DNA of 64,000 bases from Octopus vulgaris. Taxonomy: Eukaryota. The notes under the pieces were generated by a model. The model ran no database searches. It worked only from the letters and a program-made list of their open reading frames with translations, and had not been told where the DNA came from. Positions 26,691 through 40,237 of the stretch are shown here, in pieces (position 1 is the stretch's first letter; every line of letters begins with the position of its first letter). The translations under genes were made by a program, and so were the position numbers. The stretch spans positions 34,658,001-34,722,000 of the forward strand of contig OX597824.1 in NCBI GenBank assembly GCA_951406725.2, written 5' to 3'.

Positions 26691-28270
26691 AAAAAGAGAG
26701 AAAGATATATATATATATATATATGTAAAGGGCATAACTACAGATAGATGCCTCCACTCCCACCTCGAATTAGTTGTCTCTTAACTTCCAGAAAAATGGA
26801 TAATTTTAACGAAATTTTTCAACAAATACCATTTAAATACTGTAGATTCAGAGTATATAGGGATGTATTGTAAAAAATTTTTTCGAAGGATTGGTGAAAG
26901 AAGTTTTAGAAAATTCACGCGATTCAACTTTTTTCCTCTCATAGCTTTCAAGAAAATGGGTATCTTTTAATGAATGTTTATACAAATACTTTTCAAACGA
27001 CATAGATTACGATTATAAAGAAATTTGCAGAGAAAGTCTTTTCTGAGAGGATGGGGAGACGGGTTTCGAAAAAAACGGGGTTTCGGATCAGGAAGACCAC
27101 ATAAGATGGAATTTCTCCGTTTTCCATTTTTTTTTTGCTCCAGAGCCCTCAAAATGATTGGAGGAGGAGCATTGTTTTATTCTTTTTTGTTTCAGCCTTG
27201 AAGCTTTGTTGAAATATTTTTCTACTCCCCCTTTCCTCACCATCCCATTCCAGACCAATTTTGGCCAATTTTTTTGCACTTAAAAACCATGTAAGGAGCA
27301 TTTTCGGTTTTAAAAACCCCCAGAAAATTGTAAATATTTTCAGACGAGAAAAGTGTGTGATTTAAGGGAGATTTGGCTGTTATTTCTAGCATATCTCAAG
27401 ACAATCCTCCACGTTTCTTTCTCATACTCGTGTGTATAGATGCTTTTCAATATATTTCTTCCCCTAAGGCAACGAGTTGGCAGAAACGTTATTTTGTTAA
27501 AAGATATCTATTATTTTGGAAGTTATGTGGCAACAAAGCTGGGTTGGGGTACACATCTGTAGTTATGCCATATATATATATCTCTCTATATAAAACTGAA
27601 ATGCGTTTTTACCGCTTGGATCGCTTTCAATGCCACTACGTCCCGTCCGATTCGCTCCAAAATTTACAGGGACATGTAGAATGAGGTGACGATGCCCGTG
27701 GGCTACTTTAGAAATCCATATCTTGAAAGGTGTGGTTGCTAGGGGCCATCTTCCTCACTCGAGCTATTTCCTCCTTCCCTCTCTTACTACCCTCATATAT
27801 AACTTTGAAAAGGCCACTCCCGTTATTTAATGTATTCCCCTCAACTCCCTTTCACTTTCCCTTTATAAGTTCGTCAGACGGCTTTCTTTGATGTATCTGT
27901 CTGCATTCATAGGGATAATTATCATCGCCACCAACAACACACAATCATGAGAACAAATGTTCATTTATATATGTGTGTGTGTTCGATATATAAATATGTA
28001 TATATAATGTATATATACAAAGTGTATATATCTGTATTTATGTATATTAAACTTTTTAATACTTTTTGATAGTTATATATATTTTTAAACAAATTATAAA
28101 TATAATTTAATAATTTTTAATTTAAATTTAAATAATTAAAATTTTTCAATTTTATATATTTTCTATATTATATTCTTATTTTTGTTTTTGTTTTTTTTTG
28201 CCTATTAGTGGTTTTATCTCTAATTTAATTTATACATATATATATATATAATTTGTATATATAATGCGTG

Positions 28271-28334
<64 letters not shown>

Positions 28335-29694
28335 ATGTGTGCATTATGTGGTCGGTCGGTTCAGCTGAAAATATGCACACCTATTAACCCTTTCGTTACT
28401 ATATTTCTGACCAAAATACACCCCTTATGTGTTTCAATTAATTTCTAACATAATCATAAAGTTAGTCTGGTTTCATTAAACAACTATAACTTTTTTATTT
28501 ATCAATATATCAAACTGATTTTTGGAAGATAATTTAATGAAATGTTCTCAACCAATTCTATACTATAATTTTTGTCACAAGGTGACTCTAATTGCAGGTA
28601 GATACAGGTAAATTCAACAAAATATAAAATTATTAAAATTTTGTTCAAACATCGCTATAGAAAATGGGTTATTAGCTAATATTCAATTGGGTATACAACA
28701 AAATTTTACGATAGGATTTGTTATTCTGGGTAACTTTCTGATACCCATAATAATATTTATGGCAAAATAGTCTTAATTTCATTTAAGGTTGTGGGAAACT
28801 ACAAACTATCCTTTCTTTCGCTTTGTTTACATTTAGCGTAACGGATCGTTTCCGCCGTAATGATTTCAAATAGGCTCATTCGAAAAAGTAAAAAGAAATA
28901 GTCTAAGGCTTTACTCTCCTGGGAAAGTCTGTGGCTTGGTCCAGTTTCTTCAGAAAAATCACCGAAAGAAACAGTTTTTCAATTTTCACTCCATTCAGGT
29001 GCCAATTCATTTTCTTTATCGCTGTCGGAGCTGGGGCCCGAATGAAATCGGGTTATATTAACCAAAAGGTGAAAAGGGGTATAAATGGGGCTGGAAGGGG
29101 ATTAAAATTTAAAGGAGCGAGTGTTTAGGAATTCTCTGTTACATCAAGCTAAAAAGTTTGCGCCAGCCTTTTAATCTTCAATGTGTTGCCGTCCATGATG
29201 AAGAGGTTTTGAATGCTTGCCATGGTGAGTCTACTGTCGTGAGAAAGAATCACTTCAAAACTTGGTGTTTACGAACTTTCTTTTACATCAAGTTCAAAAT
29301 TTTACGCCAGCCGTTAAACTGTCAATACGTTGCTGTCCGTCGTTAAGAAATGCCAGTCATGGTGACTCTACTATCTTCAGATTCTATCCCTTCAAACTTT
29401 GCTTTCCAATATTTTATTATTTTTATTCAGCTCGCAAGTTCGTCTGTCCCTTTTAAATGTTAGCGTTTTGCTGTCTGCCTTGAAGCAGACCTTTCTGTTG
29501 CCACTGCCTGATATTTATGATTGATCTTTCTAAATATTTTATTTCTCAACTTACTCAAGATCTTTTGTTGTTTATAAATGGGAGAGAGATATATAAAGAT
29601 AGAGAGTAAGAGAAAGCGAGGGAGAGTCCGAGAGAAAAGAAAAGTAAGAGAATGGGAAATTGAGAGAGAAAGGAGAGAGAAACAAAGAGGGAGA

Positions 29695-29943
29695 ATCATC
29701 ATCATCATCATCATCATCGTTTAACGTCCGTTTTCCGTGCTAGCACGGGCTGGACAGTTTGACTGGGGTCTGGGAAGCCGGAGGCTGCACCAGGCTCCAG
29801 TCTGATCTGGCAGTGTTTCTACAGGTGGATGACCTTCCTAACGCCAACCACTCTGTGAGTGTAGTGGGTGCTTTTTTCGTGCCGCCGGCACAGGTGCCAG
29901 GGGGGCTGGCAGCGGCAACAATCGGTTGGTGCTTTTTACGTGC
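29695..29943 (-). mobile_element. RTE LINE 3' UTR fragment with (GAT)n tail
   Basis: Reverse complement of 60190-60421. Confidence 0.88.
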
Positions 29944-29946
29944 TGA

Positions 29947-30461
29947 AACGCCCTCTCGCGAATACACGAAGTCCGAAAGAGGGAATTTTGCTGACGTGGC
30001 CTTAGCAAGGGAGCGTGAGCCTTAACAAAGAGGCAAGGGAGCGTAAAGGTTGACCATTAGCGTCCGACAGACAGCGGCAGGCATTTCATTGAAGCAGACG
30101 TTTAATTCGCTCTCTCTCCGGTTTTGATAGCAGCAGTCTTTTGGCCGAAGACTTTTAACCTGAATTGTTGCAGTCAAATCATCTTCTTCACCCGGACGCC
30201 ATTTTTGACGCGTTCTGTTTTTGGCGGCTGGACATTGTAAATATTACAATCGATTAACTTTCAGTCTTGCGCGCCCAGAACCAAGGACATCAGATATACC
30301 ACTGATTTCTCACCGGTATAAAACAATAAAGTATATCTATTTTTTACGTCTGCGTTTTGTGTTTCTTTGACTGGTAGAGTCTGGATATAAAGGCAACGGA
30401 AAGTGATTGCACCAACTTGCACCCCAAAAGTGCAAGCGGAGATATTCACATATTCCTTACA
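29947..30461 (+). repeat. 5' LTR (lacks first ~32 bp)
   Basis: Matches 35052-35595 with ~3 substitutions and an indel; ends ...CCTTACA. Confidence 0.93.
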
Positions 30462-30462
30462 G

Positions 30463-30472
30463 TGGTGACCCC
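30463..30472 (+). promoter_or_regulatory. Primer-binding site, tRNA-Trp
   Basis: TGGTGACCCC 1 nt after the LTR, complementary to the tRNA-Trp 3' end. Confidence 0.85.
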
Positions 30473-30908
30473 AAAGTTCCAGAGAACACTCAACAAAAAA
30501 GAAAAAATCCAGTTTTCTGCCAAGTCTGAAACACGACCAACCTGTTTTCCAGTCCCTTTCAACAGTTTGTTTCTTCATCTGCACTCACGCACGGAAGAAA
30601 AAAAAAAAAAAGAGAAGAAATTTTTTTCTCGATTAAAACGCGACGAAGGTTGGTAAAAACAAAAAAAAAGAAAAGAATTTTTTTCTATTCTCTGTGCACA
30701 CAGTACAAACAAAAAAAAACAAAAAAAAACCCCATTTTTTTTTGTAAATTGCACATTCAAAATTTATTGGTTCAATTGTTGGTCTTTCTTTCTTTCTTCC
30801 TTTCTTTTTTCCCTTTGTTTTTCCTTGTTGCGTCTGTTCAGCGTTGGTTCGTTGTCAGTTTTCTTTTTTCCATTTGACAGAGTCATCTAGTGAATAAAAG
30901 GCTACAAA

Positions 30909-31615
30909 ATGTTTATGGGTTCGTTACCTACTTTTACAGGTGATGCCACACTGTGGTTTTCACAGTTAGAGGCACAATTTCGTGCACAAAGTATTACTCC
31001 CGAGCAGCAGTTGGAAATCCTTTATGGTTGCATGCCGCCGCAACTGGCATCTTCAGCAAGGGACCTTATTACAGACCCTAGTCCAGGCGCTACTTATGCG
31101 TCTGTTAGATTAGAGGTTGAAAAAAGAAATACACGAAGCGAGGAAAGTCGTTTCAATGAGTTAATGGCAGATGAGCAACTAGGGGACAGAACTCCGTCAG
31201 AATTTTTACGAAGACTGAGGGAGTTAAGTGGTAATGCATCAGATGCCCCCCTCCTTCGGAAGATTTTTTTCTCGAGGTTGCCCGCCTATATACAGACCGT
31301 TTTGGCAACCGGCTTAGAGACAAATACAGTGGACCAAATAGCGACGATGGTTGAATTTGCCGTTCAACCATCGTCACGGTCTGCTTGTGCCTGTTCACAG
31401 ACCTCTTCGGCCTCAATTGAGGGGCTTTCTAAACTAATAGAAACCCTCACTAAAAGGATGGACGCGATGGTAAGCGATCTTCAAAATCGCGAAGTCGCAG
31501 TCGTTCATCCTCGAGATCAACACAGTCTAAGTCTGGCCTGTGTTGGTACCACTCCAAGTATGGAGAGAATGCACATAGGTGCACACAGCCATGCACTTAT
31601 AAGTCTTTAAACTAG
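30909..31615 (+). pseudogene. gag: Gag with a frameshift near 31490
   Basis: LWFSQLEAQF, LGDRTPSEFLRRLREL; alternate frame gives SRSRSRS..LCWYHSKYGENAHRCTQPC..SLN* (CHCC box). Confidence 0.88.
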
Positions 31616-34600
31616 ATTCGGAGAATTTGAGCACGTCAACTTCCTCCACAACATTTTCTGGTTATCGTGCATTCTTTGTTAAAGATCTAGTGTCGAAGAA
31701 AAACTTCATGGTAGACACTGGTTCTTGTTGCAGTATTTGGCCTCTGCGTTGCACAACTGACAGGTCAAAGCAATCTAACGTCATCTTGCACGCTATTGAC
31801 TCGTCACCAATAGCCACATTCGGTCAGATGTCGTTGCGCCTTGATATTGGTCTTCGACGAGACTTTCGATGGGTTTTTGTCATTGCCGACATTCCGCATC
31901 CTATTTTAGGTGCGGATTTTCTGGATAAATTTGATTTGTTGGTAGATGTCAGACGTCGGAGGTTGGTCGATAGTTCGACTACACTCTCCACGTCGACCGG
32001 AGAATCTACCAATTTAGCTCTTAGCCCGACATTTTTTGTCGGTACATCTGGAGATGTTTTTCACTCTCTTCTAGCTTCTTTTCCAGAGCTATATGATGTT
32101 ACCTTTAGGGTGGCTAAGCCATTGCATTCGACACGACACTTTATAACAACAACTGGACCTCCTGTTTTTTCACATCCAAGGCGTCTTGCACCTGATCGAC
32201 TTAAAACTGCTAGGGCTGAGTTTGAGCATATGCTCCAGCTCGGTCTGATACGCCCCTCCACCAGTCCATGGGCATCTCCCCTTCATTTAGTAAGAAAAGG
32301 GGATACAGATTTTCGCCCGGTGGGAGATTATCGGCGTCTAAATTCGGTGACGATTCCAGACAAATATCCCATAAGGATTTTAAACGATTTTTCGGCAAAT
32401 TTACATGGCTGAACTATTTTTTCAAAGGTTGACCTGATACGTGCCTACCATCAAATACCGGTCAACTCAGACGCTATTCCTAAAACAGCAATTACAACTC
32501 CTTTTGGCTGTTTCGAATTTTTATTTATGAGTTTTGGTTTGAGGAATGCCACTAGTACTTTCCAACGGTTTATAGATGAAGTTGTTCGCGGACTGGATTT
32601 TGTGTTCGCGTATGTCGATGACATTCTAATCGCAAGTGATACGCATGAAAATCATCTCCTGCACTTGTCTCAGCTTTTTCAGCGTCTTCGCGACTATGGT
32701 GTTCGCATTAATCCAGACAAGTGTGTTTTTGGGCAACCATCTCTTAATTTTCTCGGTCATTATATTGACTCGAGAGGAATCAAACCACTCTCATCCAAAG
32801 TCGATGCTATTCAGCGCATCGCACCACCTTCTTCTTTGCGTCAACTTCGCCATTTTTTAGGCATAGTAAATTTCTATAGACGTTTCATAGATCGGTGTGC
32901 GGACAAGTTGTTACCTTTAACACAAATGCTAAAGGGCAATTCCAAGAAGGACGCCCGTCTAACTCTTTCGGCTGAAGCACTGTCTGCCTTTGAGTTGGTT
33001 AAAAAGGAACTGGCTTCAGTCCCTATTTTGGCACATCCGGCTCCTAATGCTCCACTTACTTTATCTGTGGACGCATCAGAGCCTGCAATTGGCGCTGTTT
33101 TGCAGCACACCGTAGAGGGTGAAGTTAAACCTTTAGCTTTCTTTTCTTGTCAGCTAAAGCCAGCTGAACGCAGATATAGTACCTTTGATCGAGAGTTACT
33201 AGCGATCTATCTGTCAGTTCGGCATTTTCAACACCAGCTCGAGGGACGAGAGTTTGTGATTTATACTGATCACAAGCCCCTTACTTTTGCTTTATCTTCT
33301 AAAACGGATAAACTCTCTCCTCGTGCTTTCCGTCACCTGGACTATATTTCTCAATTTACAAGTGACATTAGGCATGTGCCAGGCAGTGAGAACGTCCCTG
33401 CAGATGCTCTCTCTAGACTCCCTGTCAATTCCATTTCCTCTCCTGCAGCAATTGATTTAACTGCTATTTCGCAGGATCAACCACCTTTAGAGGAGTTGGA
33501 TTTAACTTCGCCTAAGTTTATTAACTGTAAGTTTGACTACCTTCCGCTCCCTACAGCGGAAGGCTCTATTCTTTGTGACGTTTCTACCGGTTCACCTAGA
33601 CCATTAGTACCTGAGAAACATCAACGTTCCGTGTTTGATGCTCTTCATTCACTGTCACATCCAGGTATCTCTGCCACAGTAAAGCTTGTTACTGCTCGGT
33701 TCTTCTGGCCCAATATGCGACGATCAATTACCTCTTGGGCACGCTCTTGTTTGAGGTGCCAGAGTGCTAAAGTCCATAGACACGTTCGTGCTCCACTTGG
33801 AAAATTTTCCTCTCCTGAAGCCCGTTTTCGCCATATCCACCTTGATTTGGTTGGACCATGGCCTGTGAGTCGCGGGTTCTCATACATTTTAACTTGTATT
33901 GATCGTTTTTCACGCTGGCCGGAAGCTATTCCTATAGCAGACATTTCAGCTGAAACTGTTGCGAGGGCTTTCGTATCTAATTGGATTTCGAGGTATGGTG
34001 TACCGTACAGTTTAACCACAGATCGTGGTCGACAATTCGAGTCTGCATTGTTTCGTGAGTTATCACGAATCCTGGGGATGCATCATATACGCACCACAAG
34101 TTACCACCCCGCTTCTAATGGGATGGTGGAGCGTTTCCATAGGCAACTTAAGGCCGCTTTGCGTGCCTCGCCGAATCCACAGTCATGGACTGAATTTCTA
34201 CCGATCGTCCTGCTTGGATGTCGGACTGCGATTAAAGCAGACCTTGGTTTTTCGTCTGCCGAGCTCTTGTATGGTACCACACTGGCATTGCCTGTTGGTG
34301 CCAGACAAGTCACAGTCTCTTAATTTAGAGTCTTATGTTGCTCGATTACGCAGATATTTTTCTGCTCTTCCTCCTATGGACCCTCGACACCAAAATCCTC
34401 CTTCTAGTGTGCCATCAGACCTTAATTCTTGGACGCATGTTTTTATTCGTGATGATTCTGTCAAAGGACCTCTTGTTTCTCCTTATAAAGGACCTTTTCG
34501 TGTGATTTCTCGCACGCCGAAGGTATTCAAACTTGAAATTAACGGTCGTTCGGAGACCGTCTCCGTAGATCGTCTTAAAAGGGCATATTTTGAGGTGTCC

Positions 34601-34810
34601 ACATCTTTTAATGACCCCACTGCCACAACCATCGTTGAACCTTCACATGCACCTTTGACAACACCACTATTTACACATGCACCATTATCAACACCAACAT
34701 CGACAACACCACCTTCGTCGTCGCAGCCTGCCTCGAACAGACCTTATGTTACGAGGTCAGGCAGAACTGTTCACTGGCCGAAAAAACTTTCCAAAACTAT
34801 TTATATTTGA
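31606..34810 (+). pseudogene. pol: Pol (protease, RT, RNase H, integrase); in-frame TGA at 32410, frameshift near 34300
   Basis: FMVDTGS; SPWASPLHLV, DYRRLN, YVDD; DAS, ELLAI, TDHKPL; [26 protein letters not shown]; GPF motif. Confidence 0.95.
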
Positions 34811-35007
34811 CATTTTCAATTGACTTCCCAGTGACAGTTCAGTACTCATTGAACTTTGCTCATTTGGAGTATTTTTTCTCTTTTTACCTTTAAGGTGAAT
34901 TTTTTTTTGCTGTTTAATGTATTATATTGTGTGCTATTTTTGGTTATCTGGTGTCCACCTTGAGTTTTATGGTCACTACAAGGAATTGTTGTTCGTGCTT
35001 AGGCACT

Positions 35008-35016
35008 GGAGGGGAG
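35008..35016 (+). promoter_or_regulatory. Polypurine tract
   Basis: GGAGGGGAG just upstream of the 3' LTR TG. Confidence 0.8.
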
Positions 35017-35019
35017 CTT

Positions 35020-35595
35020 TGTAGTCACCCTATACAACAGCGCGCGCGCGCAACGCCCTCTCGCGAATACACGAAGTCCGAAAGAGGGAATTTTGCTGAC
35101 GTGGCCTTAGCTGACGTGGCCTTGCTGACGTGGCCTTAGCAAGGGAGCGTGAACCTTAACAAAGAGGCAAGGGAGCGTAAAGGTTGACCATTAGCGTCCG
35201 ACAGACAGCGGCAGGCATTTCATTGAAGCAGACGTTTAATTCGCTCTCTCTCCGGTTTTGATAGCAGCAGTCTTTTGGCCGAAGACTTTTAACCTGAATT
35301 GTTGTAGTCAAATCATCTTCTTCACCCGGACGCCATTTTTGACCCGTTCTGTTTTTGGCGGCTGGACATTGTAAATATTACAATCGATTAACTTTCAGTC
35401 TTGCGCGCCCAGAACCAAGGACATCAGATATACCACTGATTTCTCACCGGTATAAAACAATAAAGTATATCTATTTTTTACGTCTGCGTTTTGTGTTTCT
35501 TTGACTGGTAGAGTCTGGATATAAAGGCAACGGAAAGTGATTGCACCAACTTGCACCCCAAAAGTGCAAGCGGAGATATTCACATATTCCTTACA
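35020..35595 (+). repeat. 3' LTR (TG...CA)
   Basis: TGTAGT...TTACA; contains three copies of GCTGACGTGGCCTT. Confidence 0.93.
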
Positions 35596-35607
35596 TATAT
35601 ATATATG

Positions 35608-36383
35608 CACTATTGTCTCAAATGACACAACACGAAATAGAAGACTCCGGGAACTAAGGGCAATTCTTCTCGAAAGACATTACCCGGCATCACTAGTAGA
35701 CAACGGAATAGAACGGGCCAAATCAATCAACATTCAAGACCTTCGAAAACCCAAACACATCCACAGTACAGTCAATAGCCTCCCTTATCTCTCAACACAC
35801 AACCCAAGGAATGCAGAAGCTTACACTATTATATACAACAACATTCCACAACTAAATCAAGACCCACGCCTGAAAAAAATACTGGCAGCTCATAAAACAA
35901 TAAAAAGTAAGAGACAACCTAAATCCCTAAAACCTCCTCACCAACGCAAAATTACACAACACAAACCCACCGCCCACCATCAAAAAATGTGGTCGCCCCA
36001 ACTGTAAGACCTGCATCCACCTCATTGAGGGATCGTCGTACAAGTTCCACTCGGGACACACATTCATCATAAAAAATAACTTCACGTGCGCATCAAAAAA
36101 TTTACTCTACGTCATAAGGTGTGAAGGATGCCACGAAGACTACATAGGGCAAACGAGCCTTACCCTCAGAGACAGAATGACAGTTCACCGACAACAACTG
36201 AGGGACCCCTCCACAAGACAGATACCACTAAGTGGACACTTAGACCTTTGTGCACACAATAAGTCCCCCAAATTCTTAGTCTTCCCACTATACCAATGCT
36301 CGGACAACACCACAGACCAAACACGAATAAATAAGGAAAGTAATCTTATTCAAAAATACAGACCACAACTAAACATACTCTAG
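35608..36383 (+). mobile_element. Penelope-like element 3' fragment (RT thumb + GIY-YIG endonuclease)
   Basis: RLRELRAILLERHYP, LPYLSTHNP, KCGRPNCKTC, FTCASKNLLYVIRCEGCHEDYIGQT, RMTVHR, LN terminus. Confidence 0.85.
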
Positions 36384-36534
36384 CATACCCCCTGGAAGCA
36401 CATCCAGAGCAAGCACACAGGGACGCGCGCACGCTCACAGCATATCGTGCGGGCGGGCACATGCGCGCATCGGCACGCATAGGACACACTAGCGGGCATT
36501 GACCGCACACATACGTGGCATGCACACGCATGCA

Positions 36535-36687
36535 TTATATATATGTAGGTGATGTATGTGTGTGAGTGTTGTGTGTGTGTGTGTGTGTGTGTGCACTGTG
36601 TGCGTGTGTGTGTATATGTGTGTGTGCGCGCGTTGTTTGTGTGTGTGTGTGTGCACGTGTGTATATATGTGTGTGTGTGTGTGTGCG

Positions 36688-36718
<31 letters not shown>

Positions 36719-37568
36719 CATTGTGTACGTGTGTATGTATTTACATATGTATCTGTTTTTATATATATATATATATGTGTGTGTGTGTTGTGTGTGTATA
36801 TGCATGGTATGTGTGTATATGTTAGTACTTTGTTTGTGTGTATGTGCGGCATGTAGAGATATATTTGAGTGTGTACGCTATAGGTTTGTAATTTGTGTGT
36901 GTGGGGGGTGGTGAATTTTTTATATATATATATGTGTGTGAAAAAATATATGTATGTGCATGTATGTATGTATGTATGTGTGTATATATATATATATGTG
37001 TATATATATGTGTGTGTGTGTATGTGTGTGTGTGTATATTTATTTGCATGTTTATGTGTGTATAAACATGTACATTATTTGCATGCGCATTGTGTATATG
37101 TATATTGTATGTATGTGTATTGTATATGTACGTGTACAATTAAGTGTATATATTTGTGTGTATGTGTGCACTGTATATATGTATATTGTAGGTGTGCTAT
37201 ATGTGCATGAATACATGTATATGCATTGCGTGTATATATATGTATGCATTGTGTGTGTATGTATGTTATGTGTGTGTGTGTGTATATATATATTATATGT
37301 ATGCGTATGTGTATGTGTATGCATTGTATGTATGTGTGTTGTGTGTATATGTGGTACATCTATGTATGTGTATGTAAACACTATTTATATGTATATGTGT
37401 ATATATGTATATGCATTGTCTATATATATATATATTATATGTATGTATTACGTATGTATATTGCATGCATATATTGTGTATGTATATTACTTACATGCTG
37501 TATGTGTGTATTGTATGTGTGTATATATATGCTAGGTGTATTTGTGTGATATTTATATTATGTATGTA

Positions 37569-37616
<48 letters not shown>

Positions 37617-37835
37617 GTGTGTGTATGTGTGTTATATATCTGTGTATGTTATATATAGATACATGTTATATTTGTGTGCTGTGTGTATATGTGATATATG
37701 TGGGTGCGTTGTGTGTGGGTGTGTGTGTTCTGTGTGTGTGTGTGTTGTTTGTATGTGGTGTGTGTTTGTATACTATGTGTGTGTGTGTGTGTGTTGTTGT
37801 GTGTGTGTGTGTTTGTGTGTATATATATGTGTGTG
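36535..37835. repeat. Compound (TG)n/(TA)n microsatellite
   Basis: Direct inspection. Confidence 0.95.
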
Positions 37836-38194
37836 ACAAACAGATGCTGTCTGACCAGCAGGCACGGACACATCTATTCACACCCGCATACTAACCTCCT
37901 GATAACCCCAAAATCATTCATGCATAAAGGGGAAGTATACACCACATTGGCTACTTCTTCTGTTCTCTCAGTTCAGCCTTTCTGCTAATACTGACAGGTC
38001 AGTAAAAACATACTTAAAATATTCTGAGATGTACAAAAAAGCCATTTTAATTTTTGCTGTCAAAACGCTGTATATATATACCAAAGATTGTATATATATA
38101 CATGTAATGTGACAATTTGCGACAACCAATAATTAACGCAACCAATTCCCAATAATATATTTGTTTTATCCTTTTCTGCCAAATTTTCCCAAAT

Positions 38195-38423
38195 AATGTG
38201 ACAATTATGTATAAAAAAACATTTTTGAATTCATAATATCCAATGTGACAATTATGTAAAAAACATTTTTGAATTCATAATATCCAATGTGACAATTATG
38301 TAAAAAACTTTTTTGAACCCATAATATCCAATGTGACAATTATGTAAAAAACTTTTTTGAATGCATAATATTCAATGTGACAATTATGTAAAAAACTTTT
38401 TTTGAACCCATATTATTCAATGT
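38195..38423. repeat. 44-bp tandem repeat, 5 copies
   Basis: AATGTGACAATTATGTAAAAAAC...CATAATATCC at 38195, 38242, 38286, 38330, 38374. Confidence 0.92.
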
Positions 38424-38557
38424 TTCCTTAAATGTAACTTTTGACAATCTTTTACCAAAGAGTGAAACCGGTTAAGTAAATAAACATCGTTTAAATTGCA
38501 TTTTCAAACCTTTTTTCTTATATAATCCCACTCGTGCGATACCCCACAACTCAACTT

Positions 38558-38631
<74 letters not shown>

Positions 38632-38795
38632 ATGTGTTTGTCCCCCAACATCGCTGGTGTGTTTACGTCCCCGTAACATTAGCGGTTCGGCAAAAGTGAC
38701 CGATAGAATAAGTCCTGGGGTCGATTTGCTCGACTAAAGGCGGTGCTCCAGCATACTTACAGTCAAATGACTGAAACAAGTCAAAGAGTAAAAGA
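38632..38795 (+). mobile_element. SINE 3' half
   Basis: Matches 26510-26690. Confidence 0.85.
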
Positions 38796-39002
38796 GAGAG
38801 TATATATCCGGGTCATAGTGGGCAGCACATTTTTTCTGTCTATTTATTCTGAAGATTTGGATTCTAGTTTATTTCGGAAGGCAGACGCCAATATAATGAT
38901 GTTGCTGGAGTAGTTATTATCTTGACAATGATCTGACTAAAGCTATTCTTATTTACTGCATCGGTATTTCAATCTCGACTAAATTTGTTACAGAAAGACA
39001 CT

Positions 39003-39065
39003 ATGGAACGATTTTCAACGGTAGTTATCCTGGCACTGTTGTTTATTTGCAACCTGGCAGATACT
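39003..39065 (+). CDS. First coding exon (signal peptide) of a secreted or membrane host protein
   Basis: ACTATGG Kozak-like start; MERFSTVVILALLFICNLADT (charged n-region, hydrophobic h-region) followed immediately by a GTAAGT donor; unique-sequence context. Confidence 0.7.
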
Positions 39066-39289
39066 GTAAGTGTGACAATTAATGCAACAATTTCAATTTG
39101 GCAATTAATGTATTTTTATCTTATTATCCAGGTATTTCTGCTTCATCTTTTGAACGAACTGTTTTTTTATGACATTTGTTTTTTCAAGTTGATTTTTCCT
39201 TTCAAACCGACGTAATTTATTTTATCATTTATGTTTATAAATATGACAGTCATAAAATGAATTAGCAGCGATTTATTTCTACGAGGTAG

Positions 39290-39920
39290 TGGGTAGCGAA
39301 CTTCTTCACTACTTCAGGGAGTAACGATCCTGCCTGACACGATTTCCGGGCTCAGCTGGCTCCGGCTGACAGTACCCGGTATGGGCCCCTATCCAGGGTT
39401 ACGGAAAGGAGACAACCTTCAAAGAAATCCGGAGTGGAGCCCCGAAGGCGGTCTAGTGTTCGACTCGACACTCTTCCGGCAGCTCCTGCAACCAAGCTGG
39501 TGCCAAACGTAATGCACTGCACTCCACTGGACTACATCAGCAAGGTCGAGAGAGGAAACCTGACGATTGGGCTACCCAGGACTTTCTTATCTATAGCCCA
39601 GGCCTGCGCAAAACTGGAGAGGACACTTCAGTGATGCTGTAAAAAGCTGCAGAAACAACACGGGAGGTAACAGTCACGAGTGATAAGTCCATTCAGATTG
39701 GCGTAAAATATGGGCGCTACGGGTTACCTCTGACGGTGGGAGGGACCTCCGTGTCCTATTGGTTAGCTACTGCCCACCTCAAGCTGGGCAGCCCCCAGTT
39801 AATAAGGTGCTGACCCGCCACAAGCCGCCTGCTCCATTGGGTGCTTGGAGCTAAGAGTATGACTCGAAAAGCGGCCTGCAACCTCTGCACCAGGCAAGCA
39901 ACTAAAAGTCAAGCTACTAT
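39290..39920 (+). mobile_element. Probable RTE/BovB-type LINE 5' region
   Basis: GC-rich island with motifs resembling RTE 5' UTRs (GGAGACAACC..AAATCCGGAGTGGAGCCC; AAGCTGGGCAGCCCCCAG); no ORF. Confidence 0.45.
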
Positions 39921-40237
39921 TTCTACGAACTCAACTTGTTTAACCATTCTATATAAATCTATATTTGTTTTCTCTTTCTTCTCTTTGCCTTTTCTTTATT
40001 TTTTGTTTTGTTTTTGTTCCGCTTTTTCTTTTCTTTTTGGTTTTGTTCCTTTTTTCCCCCTTTTCTCTGTCTTTCTTTTGTCAAACCAATATTGAGGTGG
40101 AAAATCTGGTAAGAAGTATGTTCTAAAATTTAAATTTATAATTCCTTCTGCTAAATATTAATAAAAGTGATATTTTCTGAGGGGGAAAAAGTTAATAGTA
40201 ATACAGTTAACTATAATCTACATGTAAGTAATATTTT

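Larger units (their letters stand above)
29947..35595 (+). mobile_element. Ty3/Gypsy LTR retrotransposon, CsRn1/Boudicca/Kabuki-like; young, few lesions
   Basis: Paired LTRs, tRNA-Trp PBS, PPT, CHCC Gag box, PR-RT-RH-IN order. Confidence 0.95.

Noticed and set aside
36380-37990. Many YIYI/CVCV/HTHT ORFs (also at 5.3, 14.5, 54-55 and 63 kb)
   Set aside because: Translations of dinucleotide microsatellites.
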